A DNA stretch of 64,000 nucleotides from an uncultured delta proteobacterium (GTDB lineage Bacteria; Desulfobacterota; Desulfomonilia; Desulfomonilales; Desulfomonilaceae): assembly GCA_963789265.1 (NCBI GenBank), contig CAWBKB010000006.1, forward strand, positions 224,001 to 288,000, in the 5' to 3' direction. The stretch's first letter is position 1; each line of letters begins with the position of its first letter. Of this stretch, positions 10,802 through 20,532 are shown piece by piece. Both the position numbers and the translations under genes were made by a program. Under the pieces are notes generated by a model. It saw only the letters and a list, made by a program, of their open reading frames with translations. It was not told the origin of the DNA and made no database searches.

Positions 10802-10888
10802 TCTTGCTCTCCTTTTTCTCGTATCGTGTTCAACATCCTGATGGTTGTGGTTTTGCCTGAGCCGTTGGGTCCCTAGAAGGCAAACATC

Positions 10889-11665
10889 TCACCTTGCGCA
10901 ACTTCGATTGATCGTGTCGAGAAAGGTTTGGACGGCTTCCATGAATGCCTCCGGTTGATCTATATTAACCGCGTGGCCTGCGGCCGGGATGACCGCCTTG
11001 CACGCTCCGGGAATTTTTGACGCCATGTAATCGGCTGCGGCCAAAAAAGGCTTGTCATCGGCGCCGACAACAATCAATGAGGGAACTTTGATTTCGGGTA
11101 GAGATCTGATGACACGTGCGTCGCGCTGGGTCAGCATGCCTCGAGCCGCATGTACCAGTCCTTCGGCCGAGCGGTGTTTTGCCTTAGCCCGCTCTCGACT
11201 GGCGGACTTAAGAGCCGCAATGCCTTCCCTTTCAAAGAGAGCGGCAAGTTCGAGCGCACGTTTATTCCATGCCTTCCTTGCCTCATCCTTCTTGAACCCC
11301 GGCCCGGTGTCGATGATCAGAAGCGCACTGCCCCTGTTCGGATGCGCGAGATAGTAGGCGAGCGACATATACCCGCCAAGAGACAGTCCACCGACGATTG
11401 CATGATCGGCTCCAATATGATCGAGGATTGCGTCCATGTCCGCTACAGTCAATGCTTCGCTGTAAGCGGTTGGGTCTTCCGGGTAATCGGAATGGCCGTG
11501 ACCGCGCATATCCCAAATAACAACGGTATGGTTCTTTGACAATGCCTCAATCTGGCCCTGCCACATGTCGCAAGTGGCCGAAAACCCATGGGTGAGCAAA
11601 AGAACGGGGCCCTTGCCGTGCACCTCAAAATAGATATCAACTCCGTTTCGATTCAGTTTTGGCAT
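10889..11665 (-). CDS. Alpha/beta-fold hydrolase
   Basis: THGF, DMRGHGHS, nucleophile elbow GLSLGG, Asp (GADD) and His (AGHAVN). Confidence 0.88.
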   Translation of the reverse strand: MPKLNRNGVDIYFEVHGKGPVLLLTHGFSATCDMWQGQIEALSKNHTVVIWDMRGHGHSDYPEDPTAYSEALTVADMDAILDHIGADHAIVGGLSLGGYMSLAYYLAHPNRGSALLIIDTGPGFKKDEARKAWNKRALELAALFEREGIAALKSASRERAKAKHRSAEGLVHAARGMLTQRDARVIRSLPEIKVPSLIVVGADDKPFLAAADYMASKIPGACKAVIPAAGHAVNIDQPEAFMEAVQTFLDTINRSCAR

Positions 11666-11904
11666 AGCGATTAGCCCCGTATGATGAAGATTACGTCATC
11701 TACAGTGGTTCCCGAAAAATTGTCGTCATACGCAATGCCGGCCAGGCAGCACCTGATTTAGATTGGTGGGACAGGCTTCTAGCCTGTCGTCATGCCCGCG
11801 TACGCGGGCATTCGGTAGGACCGGCCTCCGTGCCGGTCGTTCATTGGCCGCCGGGCGGGGACGCCGGCACCCAAATACACGACCGTATTTCTGCAACCCA
11901 GTAC

Positions 11905-13212
11905 TTAGCTCAAGGCCTCGAGGACGGTGCTGATACCTTGGCCGGCTCCAATACACTGGGTGGCAAGGCCGTATCGTTTGTTGCTGCGGCGCAGCTCCTT
12001 GGCCAAGGTCATGACCAAACGGGCTCCGGTTGCCCCCAGAGGATGGCCGATGCCCAGGGAGCCGCCGTTTACGTTGACCTTTTCTTCCGGGATACCGAGC
12101 TCCTTCAGTGATGGAATCACCTGGGCGGCAAAAGCCTCATTGAATTCCACCCGGTCGATCCGATCCGCTGTAATACCCGCGTGTTTCAAGGCTCGATGTG
12201 TGGCCGGAATCGGTCCTAAGCCCATGATCTGCCCTTTGACCCCTCCCACACCGATGCCTACAATTCGTGCCAGGGGCGAAAGGCCGAGTTTCACGGCCAA
12301 GTCTTCCGCCATGATCAGAAGAGCGGATGCTCCACTATTGGTGGGGCATGAGTTTCCCGCTGTAATATGAATCGGCTTATTACAATAGCTGACAATACCT
12401 TTGATCGGCGGCAGCCTGGCCAAGGTCTCCATGTTGGCATCGGGCCTGATACATTCATCGCGGTCAAAAACGACCATTTCACCCTTTTCCTCCGGAACCC
12501 ATTCCTTCTTCTCGTTGAAAACGGGCTTCTCGACCTCCATCGGGATCACTTCGTCCTTGTATATCCCCGCTGCATAGGCCGAGGCTAATTTTTGATGGCT
12601 TCGTACGGTAAAGGCGTCGAGTTCCTCTCGGGTAAGGTCGTACATATCCACAACGTTTTGGGCGGTTTGAGGCATCTGCATCAATGCAGGGGCATCAAGA
12701 ATCTTGTCCGGGATGGGCACGGAAAAGTATTTGTCGTGATCGTGAGCCATGTCTCGCTGGAGTTTCGATTTCTCGAAAATGCGTTTGTTCGGCCCGGTCA
12801 CGCGGGTTGGATTAGGCTCTTCGGGTCTCCCCGCGATTATGCTGCGTGTCATTCGTTCCACCCCCAAAGCGATGCCGCAATCCGTGGCACCAACCATGAT
12901 GGCCATAGCAATCCTCTGCATTGTCTCCATGGAAGAACCGCACTGCCGGTTGGAATGAAAATTAGTTGTTTCAGCCGGCAACCCGGCAAGACGGGAAATG
13001 CCTCCCAGTGTGGCCAGATCTCGGTTACCGCCGGAATTACCTATGCCGAAATCTTCAATCATAGTCGGTTTCACCTTGGGATTTCTTTCCATGAGAACAC
13101 GGACGACCTTGGCAGCCACTTCATCCAGGCGAGTGGCCTCGAACATGCCTCTGCCTCCCCAGGAAAATGGCGACCGGACACCATCGACGATAACCGCATG
13201 TCTAAGTTTCAC
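11905..13212 (-). CDS. Thiolase (acetyl-CoA C-acyltransferase)
   Basis: NRQCGSS, NEAFAAQ, GHPLGATG and CIGAGQG catalytic motifs. Confidence 0.93.
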   Translation of the reverse strand: MKLRHAVIVDGVRSPFSWGGRGMFEATRLDEVAAKVVRVLMERNPKVKPTMIEDFGIGNSGGNRDLATLGGISRLAGLPAETTNFHSNRQCGSSMETMQRIAMAIMVGATDCGIALGVERMTRSIIAGRPEEPNPTRVTGPNKRIFEKSKLQRDMAHDHDKYFSVPIPDKILDAPALMQMPQTAQNVVDMYDLTREELDAFTVRSHQKLASAYAAGIYKDEVIPMEVEKPVFNEKKEWVPEEKGEMVVFDRDECIRPDANMETLARLPPIKGIVSYCNKPIHITAGNSCPTNSGASALLIMAEDLAVKLGLSPLARIVGIGVGGVKGQIMGLGPIPATHRALKHAGITADRIDRVEFNEAFAAQVIPSLKELGIPEEKVNVNGGSLGIGHPLGATGARLVMTLAKELRRSNKRYGLATQCIGAGQGISTVLEALS

Positions 13213-13242
13213 GTAGCTTCACCTTTCTATTCGCGGATGCTC

Positions 13243-14409
13243 TTATCTCTGGTTAAAGCGTCTTCCCAGCATGGCCGAAGCGATGTTTATGCGTTGCATC
13301 TGCGCTGTTCCTCCGGCCAGAGGCCAGCCGCGGCTGTCCCGTAACATCCGCTCAATGGGATATTCCGTGGAATATCCATACCCTCCGAAAACCTGCATCG
13401 CCATGTCGGTGACCTCCTTGGCCATTTCATTGGCGAAGCATTTGGCCACGGATGATTCGAACACCGACGGCAATCCAATTCCGGCATTGCACGCGGCACG
13501 ATAGATCAGCAGTCTGGCGGCCTCGACCTTCATGGCCATGTCCGCCAACAGGAACTGAATGGCTTGAAATTCACAGATAGGTTTGCCAAAAGCTGTTCGC
13601 TCCTGTGAGTACTTCTTGGCTGCTTCCAATGCGCCCCAGGCGATACCGAGCGACTGCGTGGCATTCCCGCAGCGTTCCACGTCAAATGCCTGCATTAATC
13701 TTGCGAAACCGCCTTCAGGAATGACCAAATTCTCCTTGGGGACTCGGCAGTCATCAAAGATCAGGTCGCAACTGTGCGCTCCGCGAAGCCCCATGAATTG
13801 CTCCTGTTTTCCGAAGGTGAATCCCGGCATCCCTTTTTCGGCCACAATTCCGCCGATTCCCTTGTGCCCTTTCCGATCGCTAAATCGGGCATAAACCATG
13901 TACCAATCCGAGGCTCCTCCTCCGGAAATAAATCTTTTCCGGCCGTTGAGCACATAGTGATCTCCGTCAAGGACTGCACGCGTCGTCAAGTCAGTCAGCG
14001 CGGATCCCACGCCGGGCTCTGTCATGGCTACAGACATAAACTTCTCACCGCGGGCACACGGAGGGATGAATCGTTGCTTCTGTTCTTCCGTGGCGAATTT
14101 TTCCACCACACGGATCGGTCCAAGACTGCTCTCAAATACCGGGCCGGATGCCCTCGACGTGACGCGCGCCAGCTCTTCCATTGCCAGAACTGCATAAATC
14201 GCGGGTAGTCCATGACCGCCGTACTGCTCCGGGAGCGTAATACCCAGCAATCCCAGCTCTCTGTATTCATCAAGAAGGTTCCCTCGTTGCGGCGAAAAAG
14301 GGTCTTCTCTCATTTCCCAAACCTCCACCAGTGGAGCAATTCGAGCATCTGCAAAATCGTGCACCGTCTGCTTGAACATTTTTTGTTCGTCCGTCAGTTG
14401 AAAATCCAT
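13243..14409 (-). CDS. Acyl-CoA dehydrogenase
   Basis: AMTEPGVGS, LNGRKRFIS, QVFGGYGYSTEYPIERMLRD; the C-terminal Glu position reads AGGT and the alternative Glu is present in FDVER. Confidence 0.92.
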   Translation of the reverse strand: MDFQLTDEQKMFKQTVHDFADARIAPLVEVWEMREDPFSPQRGNLLDEYRELGLLGITLPEQYGGHGLPAIYAVLAMEELARVTSRASGPVFESSLGPIRVVEKFATEEQKQRFIPPCARGEKFMSVAMTEPGVGSALTDLTTRAVLDGDHYVLNGRKRFISGGGASDWYMVYARFSDRKGHKGIGGIVAEKGMPGFTFGKQEQFMGLRGAHSCDLIFDDCRVPKENLVIPEGGFARLMQAFDVERCGNATQSLGIAWGALEAAKKYSQERTAFGKPICEFQAIQFLLADMAMKVEAARLLIYRAACNAGIGLPSVFESSVAKCFANEMAKEVTDMAMQVFGGYGYSTEYPIERMLRDSRGWPLAGGTAQMQRINIASAMLGRRFNQR

Positions 14410-14436
14410 TTTCTCGCTCCTTTTTGGGTAATGATT

Positions 14437-16098
14437 TCAGATACTATTGGAAAATTGTTCGATGAGTTCGTTCTTCATCACCTTTCCGCCCGGATTGGTA
14501 GGCAATTCCGACAAAAAAAAGACCGTTTGAGGAATTTTATAAGAGGCCAATTGATCTATACAGTATTCCCGTATTTCTTCCAGCGTAATTTTCCTATTGC
14601 CCGGTTTGGGAACGACCGCACACGCGACAATGCTTCCCATGACCGGATCGGGCAATCCAAATACCGCAACATCCAAAATCTTAGGATGTAGGTGCAGAAC
14701 GTTTTCGACCTCGACCGGGTAGACGTTTTCCCCTCCACGGTTAATCATCTCCCGGTTGCGGCCTACCAGGTAGATGAATCCGTCTTGGTCCCGAAAGGCC
14801 ATGTCACCGGTATAAAACCATCCCTGCCGATAAACTTTCGCGGTTTCTTCGGGCGCTTTGTAATAGCCTTTGGTAACCAGGGCTCCTCGGACCGCTAATT
14901 CGCCCACCATGTTCGGGCCCAATTCCCGGCCGCTGAAAGGATCGACGATTCTAACTTCGCTGCACGAAGTCGGTTTGCCCACAGATTTAGGATGATATTC
15001 CACATACATATCCGGAAGCGCGCTAATGGATGGCGCTTCGGTCATTCCATATCCGTTCCTAAGACGTGCAGACGGGAAGATCTGCCTGAGATCTTTTATT
15101 AGGTCCGGGGCCATAGGGGCCGCACCGAAGCCGAGCCTTCTGACGCTGTCTACTTTGGACCCGCGAATGGCTGTCTTATTGAGAAGCAACCAATACATCG
15201 TGGGAGTTCCGGTCAATCCATAGATTTCTCCACGGTTAATCATCTCCATAATTTCTTGAGGATTGAATACAGGGAGCAGAATACTGCCTCGGCCGAGAAA
15301 TACTCCTGCCACCAGTTGCTCTATGGCCATGATATGGAAAAGAGGAGCGACAATTAGCAGATATTCATCTTTGGGCAACTCCGGGATATCTCTGCCTTCG
15401 GCGGCCGCCTGGGCCAGACCTTGAGAAATAATGGCCCCGGACCTGAAGGCGCAGGTGATGATGTTGCGATGAGTGAGCATTACTCCTTTCGGAGTTCCGG
15501 AGGTCCCGGAGGTGAAAAGAATGAAAGCAGTATCATCTTCGGAAATGTCGGCAAGCGAACATGCTTTGTCTCCTTTGGGGAGATTCATCCTCCAGTTATC
15601 CTCGAGCACAAACTGCTCGAAGTTAAGGTCCTCTGGGGGGATCTCTCGCACTTTTGACGACATTATCGGGGAAGACAGCAATATCTTCAGATCGGAAAAC
15701 TGAAGCTGTCTTTTCATCTCAGGTGATGCCAAGCGACTATTGAAAATCACCGCTATAGCGCCCAGATTCTGTATGGCCCAGAAGGAGATGACAAAACGGA
15801 TGGAATTCTCCATCAGTATTCCTACATGGTCACCTCTACCGACAAGTGCGCGTTCTTTGAGGTGCGCAGCCAGGCCCACGGCCGTTTCCTCGGCTTGTCC
15901 GAAGGTGAGCCGATCCGTGCCTTCGATCAGATAAATCTCGTCTCTATACGCATCGACGGCTTTAAGAAACATTTCCCACAGATTTCGGAAGCGGTTCTTG
16001 AAAGTTTCTATGGGATAACCTTCGACCTCGACGGTTTCAGTTGAAAAATCATCGATCAACATGCTGCTAACCCTTTCCCAGGCTTTCTCTCTATCCAT
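14437..16098 (-). CDS. Acyl-CoA synthetase / class I adenylate-forming enzyme
   Basis: FTSGTSGTPKG, GYGMTEA, WFYTGD, INRGGENVYPVEVE and GGKV motifs. Confidence 0.93.
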   Translation of the reverse strand: MDREKAWERVSSMLIDDFSTETVEVEGYPIETFKNRFRNLWEMFLKAVDAYRDEIYLIEGTDRLTFGQAEETAVGLAAHLKERALVGRGDHVGILMENSIRFVISFWAIQNLGAIAVIFNSRLASPEMKRQLQFSDLKILLSSPIMSSKVREIPPEDLNFEQFVLEDNWRMNLPKGDKACSLADISEDDTAFILFTSGTSGTPKGVMLTHRNIITCAFRSGAIISQGLAQAAAEGRDIPELPKDEYLLIVAPLFHIMAIEQLVAGVFLGRGSILLPVFNPQEIMEMINRGEIYGLTGTPTMYWLLLNKTAIRGSKVDSVRRLGFGAAPMAPDLIKDLRQIFPSARLRNGYGMTEAPSISALPDMYVEYHPKSVGKPTSCSEVRIVDPFSGRELGPNMVGELAVRGALVTKGYYKAPEETAKVYRQGWFYTGDMAFRDQDGFIYLVGRNREMINRGGENVYPVEVENVLHLHPKILDVAVFGLPDPVMGSIVACAVVPKPGNRKITLEEIREYCIDQLASYKIPQTVFFLSELPTNPGGKVMKNELIEQFSNSI

Positions 16099-16230
16099 TG
16101 AAGAACAGTATTGATTGAAGGTTCGCCGTCCGTTAGCTCCTTTTAGGGTATTCCGGCTCTTGCACCGACGGAAGTAAGTTCGGGTTGCACTTCCGGCGAT
16201 CCGGGGACCTCACACCGGAAATATCTTCCA

Positions 16231-16261
16231 ATTTATATATGTCCAAAGTATATATGTCAAG
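16231..16261 (-). promoter_or_regulatory. Promoter/operator CTTGACATATATAC-TTTGG-ACATATATAAAT upstream of the ligase-ACAD-thiolase operon
   Basis: TTGACA, 17 nt, TATAAA; matches the 7151 site in both arms. Confidence 0.7.
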
Positions 16262-16525
16262 ACAAAATTATCCGGGAAGACTGCTCCCTTCACCCTGCAA
16301 TGGAGCCAAAAACACAAAACTGGAATTCGTGGCTGATAAAAGAGGTCAGGGAGGCAGGCCCCAAAACGACGAAGCATCGACTGAAATCTCAGCCGGTTTT
16401 CGCCCGAGACGTTGCTCCCGCTTGCCGGTTAGGTAGGGGCGGGTTTGAAACCCGCCCCTATCAGCTTTCTCCCCTCTTATCGAGGGGAGAAGAGCGATTT
16501 TCCGTGCTGGTGAAATCAGAGTACC

Positions 16526-16642
16526 GGGGTCAAGTCTTGGATTTTGCAGCAGAAGACCGCAGCATATATGGACTCCATTACTCCACCGTGAGGAGGACGG
16601 TGCTCACGACGGGATGTAAGTCAAGAGACAAGAACTGACGCC
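16526..16642 (+). mobile_element. MITE-like element of about 115 bp, copy A (GGGGTCAAGTCTTG...CAAGAACTGACGCC)
   Basis: Imperfect terminal inverted repeats; direct-repeat homologue at 16857-16971; internal frame reads IYGLHYSTVRR. Confidence 0.6.
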
Positions 16643-16856
16643 TAAATAGTTGAAAATCCCTATTTTGCCCCGAAGAGATAATCCTCAGATTACGCAGATG
16701 TCACAGATTTTTTGGGCATCTGCGCCATCTGTGGATTATTTATTTCTTCGCGCTCTCCAATGCCTCCAACCGTGCGCCCAGGTTCTCCAATTGTTGCTGC
16801 TGCTCGGCATTTTTCCGCTCAGCCTTCATCAGCGTCGCATGCGGGCGGAGCATGTT

Positions 16857-16971
16857 GGGGTCAGGCTCGTTTTTGCTGCAGAAGATCGCAGCATATATGG
16901 ACTCCATTACTGCACCATGAGCAGGATCGTGCGGGGCGAAAGGAAAAAGCCAAGAAACAAGACCTGACCGC
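16857..16971 (+). mobile_element. MITE-like element of about 115 bp, copy B (GGGGTCAGGCTCG...CAAGACCTGACCGC)
   Basis: Shares GCAGAAGA.CGCAGCATATATGGACTCCATTACT with copy A; internal frame reads IYGLHYCTMSRIVR. Confidence 0.6.
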
Positions 16972-16982
16972 TCACCTGGAAC

Positions 16983-18389
16983 CTACTGTGACGGCCATGA
17001 GGCTTCGGCGCCGATCTTGTCTCTCATCTTTCCTCTCGCCAGAGAAGCGAAAATGCCGAGAATGCACAGCACTGCGCATACGGTGAAGACGGAATCGACA
17101 CTCTTCAAGAACGCGGGGTACACTTCAGGGGTTATCGGTCTCCGGCCCATGGTGAGCGAAAACGCGAGGGTGGCAATACCCATGCTGAACATTTGTCCCA
17201 GCATACGCATGGAGCCCACCACGCCTGATGCCAGACCGTAAAATTTTCTGTCTACGGAACTCATAATCGCGTTCATATTGGGTGAAGAAAAGAGGCCAAA
17301 CCCGAATCCGATTATGACTAGATTCGATACGATGTACATCAGGCTGGTCTTGAAGCCTAAGAATATCAACCCCAATAGGCCCACCGCGGTAAGGGCCATT
17401 CCGGCTGACGCAATCTTTTGAGGCTCTATTCTGTCTGAAAGCTTGCCCGCGATTGGTGAAAATACGGCCATCGTTATGGGTTGAACAATCAGCACCAGTC
17501 CGGCCGTGCTTGGGTCAAAATTTTTAATGTACTGCAAATATAGGCTCAGAACGAACGTAATGGCGAACGTGGCACTATAGTTTATCAACGCGGCAAGGCT
17601 CGAGAACGCAAAGGCTCTGTTCGTCGTAAACAGCCTGATGTCGAGAACAGGTGAGTCGGTCCTGAGTTCCCACCAGGCGAATAGAGCCAAGAAAGCGATC
17701 CCCAAACACAACAGAACCACGATCATGACCGAAGGCGGGCCTGAAAGCCCGAGCATGATTAGCGTGATGGCGACCCCGTAACAAAGAGAACCCGGCAGGT
17801 CCAATTTTTCACCCTTGGCATCGGCCCATTCCGATTTCAATTTGGTTACGGCCAGATAGGTTGTTACCACACCTAGCGGAACCATGAGCCCAAATACGCT
17901 TCGCCACCCGTAAGCCTGAGTCAGGACTCCCCCGAAAAAGGGACCTACAGATAAGCCGATGTAAACTGCCGCCACTATGATCCCAATGGCTTTACCTCTT
18001 TCGGATGCCGGAAACACAGATGCCGCAATGGCAATGCCCGTGGCGAAAATCATAGCGCTGCCCAGCCCCTGGATTACTCTGAACAGGATTAACATAGGCG
18101 CGTTCAGGGCCAATGCAGACAAAAGCGATGAAAACGTGAACACCGAGATGCCTATGACGTAGACTTTTTTTCGTCCAAAGATGTCGCTTGCTTTCCCGAA
18201 CGGCACCAGGAAAATCGCCGTCGAGAGGAGATATGAGGTTGCAAGCCACGCAAGCAGGACGGCGTCGATGTGGAACTCCTTTTGAATGGCCGGAAAGGCC
18301 ACATTCACCGATGACGCCATCAGGGGAGTCAACAGAGAACTCGCAGTTGCTACAAAAAGAACGGCTCGTTTTGAAGATTGATCGGTCAT
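16983..18389 (-). CDS. MFS transporter (DHA2/EmrB-QacA-like)
   Basis: SSVNVAFPAI, GKASDIFGRKK, FRVIQGLG and GKLSDRIEP motifs; many TM segments. Alternative GTG start at 18401. Confidence 0.9.
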   Translation of the reverse strand: MTDQSSKRAVLFVATASSLLTPLMASSVNVAFPAIQKEFHIDAVLLAWLATSYLLSTAIFLVPFGKASDIFGRKKVYVIGISVFTFSSLLSALALNAPMLILFRVIQGLGSAMIFATGIAIAASVFPASERGKAIGIIVAAVYIGLSVGPFFGGVLTQAYGWRSVFGLMVPLGVVTTYLAVTKLKSEWADAKGEKLDLPGSLCYGVAITLIMLGLSGPPSVMIVVLLCLGIAFLALFAWWELRTDSPVLDIRLFTTNRAFAFSSLAALINYSATFAITFVLSLYLQYIKNFDPSTAGLVLIVQPITMAVFSPIAGKLSDRIEPQKIASAGMALTAVGLLGLIFLGFKTSLMYIVSNLVIIGFGFGLFSSPNMNAIMSSVDRKFYGLASGVVGSMRMLGQMFSMGIATLAFSLTMGRRPITPEVYPAFLKSVDSVFTVCAVLCILGIFASLARGKMRDKIGAEASWPSQ

Positions 18390-18694
18390 GAAATTCTTCA
18401 CTTGTCCGGTTCACCGGAACCGGTAGCTTGGCAAACAGGTTTAGTGAGTTGAGAATCCTGGTATTACAAATTCAACCGAAGCACAGGTGCGAACCAAAAG
18501 GTCACAATTGCTTGGGCCCGGAGCCGGCCACAGTGAGGACAGGCAGATAATGCTCTCATCCGATGGTAGCCGGTTAGGATAGCGAGTCTTCTGATTGCCA
18601 CATGGAACGCAATTGTGGGCAAAGCCCGATGCATCTCTGCGCAGAATTACTTAAAATCAAAGGGGCAAGTCTGCTCTTGACCCCTTTATAATAG

Positions 18695-19200
18695 TCAACT
18701 CTCTGATCCCCTTCCAACCCGTGAATCCTTCCCTTCTCTACAGCGGAGCATACCTATTCCCTTCCAGGTCATCACCACTTCGCGATTCTGGTTCAATGCC
18801 TCGACGTATGAGCGAATTGTCCCTTGACCGGGTTTCGAGCGAGAAAGCCTGGACTCAAGAACCGTGACTCGGACCGAAAGTGTGTCACCGGGGCGGGGCG
18901 GAAAGGCTTGCGCCAACGCAATTCGTCTACACCTGGCGAGCCTAGACTGGCAACCCGTGAGACATAATGGTCGACCAGAAGCCGCATGCACAGGCTCGCG
19001 GTATGCCAACCGCTGGCGATTAATCCGCCAAAGGCCGACTGCTTCGCCTTCTCCGGATCCATGTGAAACCGTTGTGGATCGAAGCGCCGGGCAAATTCGA
19101 TAATTTCGTTTTTCTGAACCGTAACGGATCCGAACTCATGAACGGATCCAGGCAGATAATCCTCGAAATAACGATCTTGTAATGGAGTCTTGAATTTCAT
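18695..19200 (-). pseudogene. MaoC-family dehydratase interrupted by a 5-bp tandem duplication at about 18890-18900
   Basis: [30 protein letters not shown]; continues as [10 protein letters not shown] in another frame once one GCCCC copy is removed. Confidence 0.8.
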
Positions 19201-19555
19201 AGCAATACCGACACTCCCTTACCCTTTGATTTTGATCTCAAAGTTTGACAGCAGTAGTTCGGAGAAAGCCGGTCGAAGACCGGTGCACTTGACTTCAATT
19301 TGTCATATAACAATTTATGAGACAATAGTTGAATGGCCAAAATGTTAGTCAACAACTCTGCCAAAGAATGGTACGAAATTATTCACTTGGCAAAGTATGC
19401 GGCTGTCATTGCGAGGGCGCAAGCCCGTGGCAATCTACGAAGCAGCAGAAACAGATTGCTTCGTCATTTCATTCCTCGCAATGACCCTGCTCTTACGTTA
19501 ACTTATTTGGCAAGGCATAGTTCCGAAATGGTATTACGAGGGAGGTCATAGAAAA

Positions 19556-20191
19556 ATGAAATTAATAGTCTTTGGCGCCACCGGCAGACTCGGTAGCAGG
19601 ATCGTCAAGGAGGCTCTAGAGCGGGGGCATCAGGTCACAGCCGTCGTGCGTGATGCGACCCGCCTTCAAGACTCGCATGAGCGCCTGACAGCAGTGATCG
19701 GCGATGTCCGGGATGCTCCGAGCGTCGCCGCGGCTGTGAAGGGCCAGGATGCCGTGATCAGCGCAGTCGGGCCCACCGGCGACAGCGCGCCGGAGCTTGT
19801 TGTGGAAGCTGCTCGCGCGCTTATCGACGGACTGACTCAAGCAGGTGTCCGCCGACTGGTAGTAGGGGGAGGGGCCGGCAGCCTTGAGGTTTCGCCCGGG
19901 GTCCAACTCGTGGATACACCGGATTTTCCGAAAGAGTGGCTTGACATAGCTCTTGCTCATCGGGATGCGCTGGACGTGATACGAGCGGCTGACCTCGACT
20001 GGACTTACATAAGCCCCGCAGCTTTCCTTCAGCCGGGTGAACGAACCGGCAAGTATCGCATCGGTACCGACCAACTGCTCACCGATGAAAAGGGGGAGAG
20101 CCGCATCTCGATGGAAGACCTGGCAATCGCGTTTCTTGACGAGGTGGAAAAGCCGTGCTTTGTACGCCGCCGCATGACTGCTGCGTACTGA
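19556..20191 (+). CDS. NAD(P)-dependent oxidoreductase (atypical SDR, NAD_binding_10/BVR-B-like)
   Basis: VFGATGRLG, GGAGSL, DWTYISPA and RISMEDLA motifs; SD GGAGG. Confidence 0.9.
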   Translation: MKLIVFGATGRLGSRIVKEALERGHQVTAVVRDATRLQDSHERLTAVIGDVRDAPSVAAAVKGQDAVISAVGPTGDSAPELVVEAARALIDGLTQAGVRRLVVGGGAGSLEVSPGVQLVDTPDFPKEWLDIALAHRDALDVIRAADLDWTYISPAAFLQPGERTGKYRIGTDQLLTDEKGESRISMEDLAIAFLDEVEKPCFVRRRMTAAY

Positions 20192-20220
20192 TACCGCCGC
20201 CCTTACAGAGAACTAGTTCT

Positions 20221-20462
20221 ATACCGATTCGCCGACAGGCAAGTGGCACCATATTTCTGGTAGGGGCGGGTTTGAAACCCGCCCCTACATGTCGCCATGC
20301 TCGCAAACGCGGGGAACTGTAGGGGCGAATGGCATTCGCCCAGGGCGACCGCCGGTCGCCCCTACCATCCCTGGATCGGAGTCCGGGGTGACGACAGCCG
20401 ATAAGCTCTCAGACCCGCAACACATTATCCGACACAAGACACCGTATTTAGGAAATCGGGTA
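20221..20462. repeat. REP mosaic/MITE (ATACCGATTCGC end; GTAGGGGCG-type hairpins; CCGGATCGGAGTCCGG-like module)
   Basis: Module order parallels 63080-63339. Confidence 0.65.
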
Positions 20463-20532
20463 CTTAGCGTTCCAAGAATTGATTGTGATGAGATTGGCGG
20501 GAGTGCTTGCCTGAACCTCAAGCTTCGGCAAT

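Noticed and set aside
16526..16971. Repeated intergenic units as a CRISPR array
   Set aside because: Only two long diverged copies, no regular repeat-spacer period and no cas genes.
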